A DNA stretch of 64,000 nucleotides from Anthoceros angustus (Eukaryota > Plantae > Anthocerotophyta): contig MU008178.1 in assembly GCA_010909165.1 (NCBI GenBank), forward strand, positions 446,369 through 510,368. Reading direction: 5' to 3'. Each line of letters starts with the position of its first letter. The stretch's first letter is position 1. The notes under the pieces were generated by a model. It did not search any database and was not told the origin of the DNA. It was given only the letters and a program-made list of their open reading frames with translations. The position numbers were made by a program, and so were the translations under genes. This document shows, one piece after another, positions 58,501-64,000 of this stretch.

Positions 58501-60332
58501 GAAGGAGAAGTGGTCGCGGAAGGAGAAGTGGTCGTGGAAGGAGAAGTGGTCGCGGAAGGAGAAGTGGTCGCGGAAGGAGAAGTGGTCATGAAGGAGAAGT
58601 GGTCATGGAAGGAGAGTGGAGCAGCCGGCCGTGTAGGGGAATTTCGGGGAAATATAACCTTAAGGGAACTCGGAAAGGCACCAGGCGCGGCGGCAGCGAG
58701 ATGGCTCCAGACAGTTCCTGACAAGGCATGAGCTCGGCACGAGGCTGTGAAGGGCAGGCCCTGGTGGCGGCGGGAAGCTCGCGAGGCTGTGGAGGTAGGA
58801 ACCTTGGGTTACTGACCAAATTGGAGATTCTGAGGCGAGCTATCAGCAATTCAAGGCGCCGTGGGCAGTGAGGTTTCTGCAGGAGCATGGCGCCCGTGGC
58901 CGTGGAGGAATTTCATTGGCCCAATATGGACCATTGGAGGGTCGAAATGGAGAATTGGTGAGGGAGCTGGGACTTGGGTTCATGGAAAAACGGTGGAGAG
59001 TTTATGGGAGGATTTACCAGATCAGCAACGAGGAAGGAGGGCCCATGGATTCAGCAGCAGAGGACGAAGGGCCAGGCGACCAAATCGGAGGAGGGCGGAG
59101 ATAACATGGGCAGGGAGTAGTGGCATCCTAGGAATAGAACTTTGGATAGGATGAGGTAGGATGCCATCCTGGACCTAAGGCCGTCCGAAATTGTAGGGCG
59201 CTGCTCACCATTTTAGGACCCGAAAGTCCGTGGCTATGACGCCCAAAGAATTGTATAAAGGGGCTTGGTTGTGCCCCTCACATCAGATAATTCCTGCTTG
59301 AGATCCCCACGCTGCTTGTGGCTGATTGGAGACGTCCGATTGACAGAGGTGGTGTGCGCGAGACGCTCCTAGGGGTGGTCGAGAGCTTGCTCCGCAACCA
59401 GTGGGGGGGGGGTGATAGAGCGTTCCTCGCTGACAAAGGAGGAGGAAATCGAGGGATTGGCGCGGGGCGGGTCTGGAGCTTGCTCGTAACGCCTGCTGTG
59501 ACGCCCGAGAATTCTTCTTTCCCTTACCCTTTTTCCTGTTGGTTGTATTCCGAAATTGAGAGAGAGTGTGTGTGTGTGTGGGTGGAAGCCTGAGGGGCGA
59601 ATCGAGAGAGAGAGAGAGAGAGAAGATTGGGTGAAGGAGTGACTGAGCACTGTACGCGATGCGAGGTGTGAGGCTATGAGGAGGAGTTGAGAAGGAGAAC
59701 TAATTGAGAAACTAGCAGTAGAGATTTGTGTGGATCCAAGAGAATTCAAACCGGTGCTATTGGTAGGAGTGTGCACAAGAGGAAACAACATTCCTTGTGG
59801 AATTGTGTGAGGGTGGCGCCCTTTGTGTGTGTGAGAGAGTGGTTGAGAGGGATCTGTGGGACGTTGGTCTCTAGGAATCGGTGTGTGCATGAAGTGTGGA
59901 GTGCAAAATAAAGTCTGATCTGTGAGCAGTGGTAGCCGCCCGTGGCAGGAATCCACGGAGCCGTGCGCCAGAAATAAGTTATTAGGGTTTGGCATGGGAC
60001 CCACCTCGGTAGTCGTAGCAACTACCCGGTAGTGGTGAGAGCCACCGTGGTAGTAGCTCGGGAACCGGGGTTGTGGAATAAGATCTGTGGTCGGGGAATA
60101 AGATCTGTGGTTGGACATGTCGGGAGGTAGTAGTAGTTGAGTAGATAGGTAAGAGGAGTGATAGCAGGTAAGTCCTCACTTAGGCGAAGGTCAGTAGCGA
60201 TAGAAGTTAGCGTCCCTTGGCACAAACCATTCCCTTGGGAGCGAATCCTAGGCCTACAACGACATTGAGGGTGAATGTGGACCTCACGGTGTCCCCAGAC
60301 ACAAATTCACACTCCACAGTAACCTGAGCAAA

Positions 60333-60855
60333 ATGTCGTCTTCCTTTGAGGAGAAGAAGGATGTGCGCCGCTATGTGAGGGATAGCCAGGGGAGATTCAC
60401 CAGAGCTAGAGGAGCAGCCTCTAGGACAACTGCCTCAAGCTCAAGAGGAAGAGGAGAAGAGCCACCGCGGGCCCACGAGGAGGCCCACCCACGAGGAACA
60501 ACAAGAGCCGCCTTGCAACTAGGGCAGAGCGCGAGGGCTATGGAAGCCCCACCACGTCCACGACTGCCTCACCCACTGCTATAGTCGTAATTCCAATTGA
60601 GCGCAGCCTAGATGAGGATCTTCCATGTTCTCTAGCTATGGTCCGTGGCTATGTGGGACAAGAGCTGTGAAGCTCAAGTCCCTCCTAGGTTCCCAAGATG
60701 GAGCCTTGCAGAGATACAAGAATTGTAGGCCTGGTACACTTGTGAAACCTAATTCCCCTTTGTGGTACAGTGTGTCATGTCCTCAATTGTCATGAAGCGT
60801 ATCAAGGTGCGCGAAATTGGCGAGTTCCAAGGTCATGTGATCGCACTCTATCAGA
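60333..60855 (+). pseudogene. Unknown AT-hook-containing repeat-associated ORF, cut by a Sola-like end (second copy 62373-62930)
   Basis: MSSSFEEKKDVRRYVRDSQGRFTRAR...RRRPGRPRG...; the two copies complement each other's frameshifts. Confidence 0.5.
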
Positions 60856-62045
60856 AACATCATAATTTTGAAGGTGAATAATCTCAAAGGGGTTTTCCGT
60901 AATAATCTCGATTTTTGATGGGCCCTAAAACAACGCTTTTAAGGCATTCCGAAAACATCTCGAAAAAAGGGTGTCACCCACTAAAGTTCCTACTTTCCAT
61001 CCAAAGAATGTTTCCGAATGGTGGTTGCAAACTCGAACCTATGGGATTAATGCAAAGTAGGAACGTAAGGAAGGCCGTTCGCCGGAAGGGACGATCAGAA
61101 TTCGCTTTGGGAGGAAAATGTGGTTTAGTAAGGACACAACAAAAGCCACGGACAAGGTATTTCCAAAACACAAAGAATATCCGGAACCGACGCATAACAT
61201 TCACTGGGACCCCGGACAAACCGTGATTTCGCCACTCATCACCGTAGTTCAATCCTTCGTCATCACTTGGTCCAGCTTCTCCAAAGATTGTCATCACTAT
61301 CTTCGCACTTTGACTCGCAGTATGAAGCCGCAACTCGCAGAGCTTATCCCTTATCGCTTTTTGTCCAACGATACACATGTTTCCGCATGCTCAACACAAA
61401 CCCATAATACAGATGGTCGCTTCATTCACAAACACCTCGTATGTTTTTGGGTAATGGACCTTATTCCTTTTTCCCAAGATCATACCGATGGGTTGGCACT
61501 GACGGACTATGTATTCCTACACATATCTCCCTTCGACGCATCCGTGTGCTCGGTCCGATACTGGATAAGAAAGTGAGGTCGTGGTGCATCTAGCTCACAA
61601 TGACTCTCCCCAATCCGTAATGGCCTGCTATGTGTCCATAGTGCACCGCCGTAAACATCCCTTCCTGATTTCCATTATGTCCCCATTCATCCGCCATTCA
61701 CTATTGCCTTCCGCATTTTGATATGCCCCAAGTACATATCACCGTGGAGGTCCTCAATAATGCCTCATCTAGCAAAGCTTCATCCGCACTTGAAGTGGTC
61801 AGTGATGATCCACTGCACGTGAAAACCACTTCCAAGGACGTAGCACTAGCCCAATGTTATTCTCCACAATGATAGCAATCTCCTTCCGTCCACCCAAAAG
61901 GCTTCCCACCACTTGTACTCTTCAATACCACCTATGGACGCAAATCTTTAACCCTTCCCGCAAATGGGCCACACCTTCCAGTGATAGGATACCGCCGCTC
62001 CCTTCTACTCCCCTAGCTTCACCCGCATGCACGTAGGGATGGTGC
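60850..62045 (-). mobile_element. 3' portion of a Sola-like element
   Basis: EIAIIVENNIGL and RDKLCEL match 7743-8570; end motif matches the reverse complement of 9340-9385. Confidence 0.75.
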
Positions 62046-62924
62046 TAAGGAGGGCGCCGCCGGGCGCCCAGCTCACCCGCGGCAGAGGAGAAGAGCCACC
62101 GTGGTAGTAGCTCGGGAGGGGTTGTGGAATAAGATCGTGGTCGGGGAATAAGATCTGTGGTTGGACATGTCGGGAGGTAGTAGTAGTTGAGTAGATAGGT
62201 AAGAGGAGTGATGGCGGAGTGAGTCCTCACTTAGGCGAAGGTCGATGGCGATAGAAGTTAGCGTCTCTTGGCACAAACCATTCCCTTGGGAGCGAATCCT
62301 AGGCCTACACGACATTGAGGGTGAATGTGGACCTCACGGTGTCCCTGCTCACACCTCCACATAACGAGCAAAATGTCGTCTTCCTTTGAGGAGAAGAAGG
62401 ATGTGCGCCGCATGTGAGGGATAGGGAGATTCACCAGAGCTAGAGGAGCAGCCTCTAGGACAACTGCCTCAAGCTCAAGAGGAAGAGGAGAAGAGCCAGC
62501 TGCTGAAGCAGCTCAGCCACGGAGGAGGCCCGGCCGTCCACGAGGAACAACAAGAGCTGCCCTTGCAACTAGGGCAGAGAGCGCGAGGGCTATGGAAGCC
62601 CCACCACGTCCACGACCTGCTGCACTGCTTCCTCAGCCTGCTATAGTCAGCAGAATTCCAATTGAGCAGCAGCTAGATGAGGATCTTCCCATGTTCTCTA
62701 GCTATGGTCCGGTGGCTATGTGGGACAAGAGCGCTGTGAAGCCCGAAGTCCCTCCTAGGTTCCCAAGATGGAGCCTTCGCAGAGATACAAGAATTGTAGG
62801 CCTGGGTACACTTGTGAAACCTAATTCCCCTTTGTGGTACAGGTGTGTCATGTCCTCAATTGTCATGAAGCGTATCAAGGTGCGCGAAATTGGCGAGTTC
62901 CAAGGTCATGTGATCAGCACCTAT

Positions 62925-64000
62925 CGTAAAACATCATAATTTTTGAAGGGGGTGAATAATCTCAAAGGGGGTTTTCCGTAAATAATCTCGATTTTTGATG
63001 GGCCCTAAAACAACGTTTTTAAGGCATTCCGGAAAACATCTCTGAAAAAAAGGGTGTCACCCACTAAAGTTCCTACTTTCCATCCAAAGAATGTTTCCGA
63101 ATGGTGGTTGCAAACTCGAACCTATGGGATTAATGCAAAGTAGGAACGTAAGGAAGGCCGCTCGCCGAAGGGACGATCAGAATTCGCTTTTTGGGAGGAA
63201 AATGTGGTTTAGTAAGGACACAACAAAAGCCACGGACAAGGTATTTCCAAAACAAGAATATCCGGAACCGACGCATAACATTCACTCTGGGACCCGGGAC
63301 AAACCGTGATTTCGCCACTCATCACCGTAGTTCAATCCTTCGTCATCACTTGGTCCACTTCTCCAAAGATTGTCATCACTATCTTCGCACTTTGACTCGC
63401 AGTATGAAGCGCAACTCGCAGAGCTTATCCCTTATCGCTTTTTGTCCACGCATACACATGTTTCCGTATGCTCAACACAAACCCATAATACGATGATGCT
63501 ATCACAAACACCTCCTGTATGTTTTGGGTAATGGACCTTATTCCCTTTTTTCCTCGGCATCATACCAGATGGGTTGGCACTCTGACGGACTATGAATTCC
63601 TACACATATCTCCCTTCGCATCCGTGGTGCTCGGTCCGATACCTGGATAAGAAAGTGAGGTCGTGGTGCATCTAGTCACACAATGACTCTCCCAATCCGA
63701 ATGGCACATTATGCGTGTCCATAGTGCACCGCAAACATCCCTTCAAGATTTCCATTATGTCCCCATTCATCCGCCGCCATTCCACTATTGCCTTCCGGCA
63801 TTTTGATATGCCCCAAGTACATATCACGCGTGGAGGTCCCTCAATAATGCCTCATCTAGCAAAGCTTCATCCGGCACTTGAAGTGGTCAGTCAGATGATC
63901 CACTTCGCACGTGAAAACCACTTTCAAGGACGAGCACTAGCCCAATGTTATTCTCCACAATGATAGCAATCTCCTTCCGTCCACCCAAAAGGCTTCCCAC
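62925..64000 (-). mobile_element. 3' portion of a Sola-like element (duplicate copy, runs off the window)
   Basis: AACATCATAATTTTTGAAGGGGGTGAATA versus AACATGATAATCCTTGAAGGGGGTTAATA (reverse complement of 9357-9385); VGSLLGGRKEIAIIVENNIGL at the window end. Confidence 0.75.

Larger units (their letters stand above)
53527..59814. repeat. Near-identical 3.1-kb tandem duplication (53527-56648 / 56649-59814)
   Basis: TTATTACAACCCTTAG starts both copies; differences are mostly small indels. Confidence 0.95.
60038..64000. repeat. Near-identical ~2.05-kb tandem duplication (60038-62091 / 62092-end)
   Basis: AGAGCCACCGTGGTAGTAGCTCGGGA at 60038 and 62092. Confidence 0.95.

Overview
Eukaryotic nuclear DNA from a land plant. 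The short GT-AG introns (mostly about 80-160 bp) and GC-rich exons suggest a compact seed-free plant such as a hornwort or lycophyte; this is inference only. The repeats are indel-rich, as in noisy long-read consensus, so many coordinates there are approximate. Layout: (1) 1-9.4 kb: relic of a GC-rich retroelement-associated ORF family, then a decayed Sola-like DDD transposon. (2) 10.5-33.2 kb: a 22.7-kb nest bounded by the two ~250-bp LTRs of a minus-strand Copia element (perfect AGCTG TSD, TG...TA ends). It holds two more Copia elements, a solo LTR and two pol-less elements. (3) 35.6-48.7 kb: a gene island with an FYV7-like rRNA-processing gene, mitochondrial ATP synthase gamma, Aurora kinase (MSA element in its promoter), an intronless Expp1-like gene and a CTR1-like Raf kinase whose last exons are corrupted. 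(4) 51.6-64 kb: Copia 3' ends, an unknown AT-hook ORF family and more Sola-like fragments, in near-identical tandem duplications that may be assembly artefacts. The most notable signals are: a hairpin enclosing the PPT in four Copia 3' ends of largely different sequence; accessory ORFs upstream of gag and antisense upstream of the PPT; a Sola-like transposase with possible Tudor/chromo-type reader segments; and several structured non-coding arrays. No CRISPR array, tRNA gene or rRNA gene is supported.
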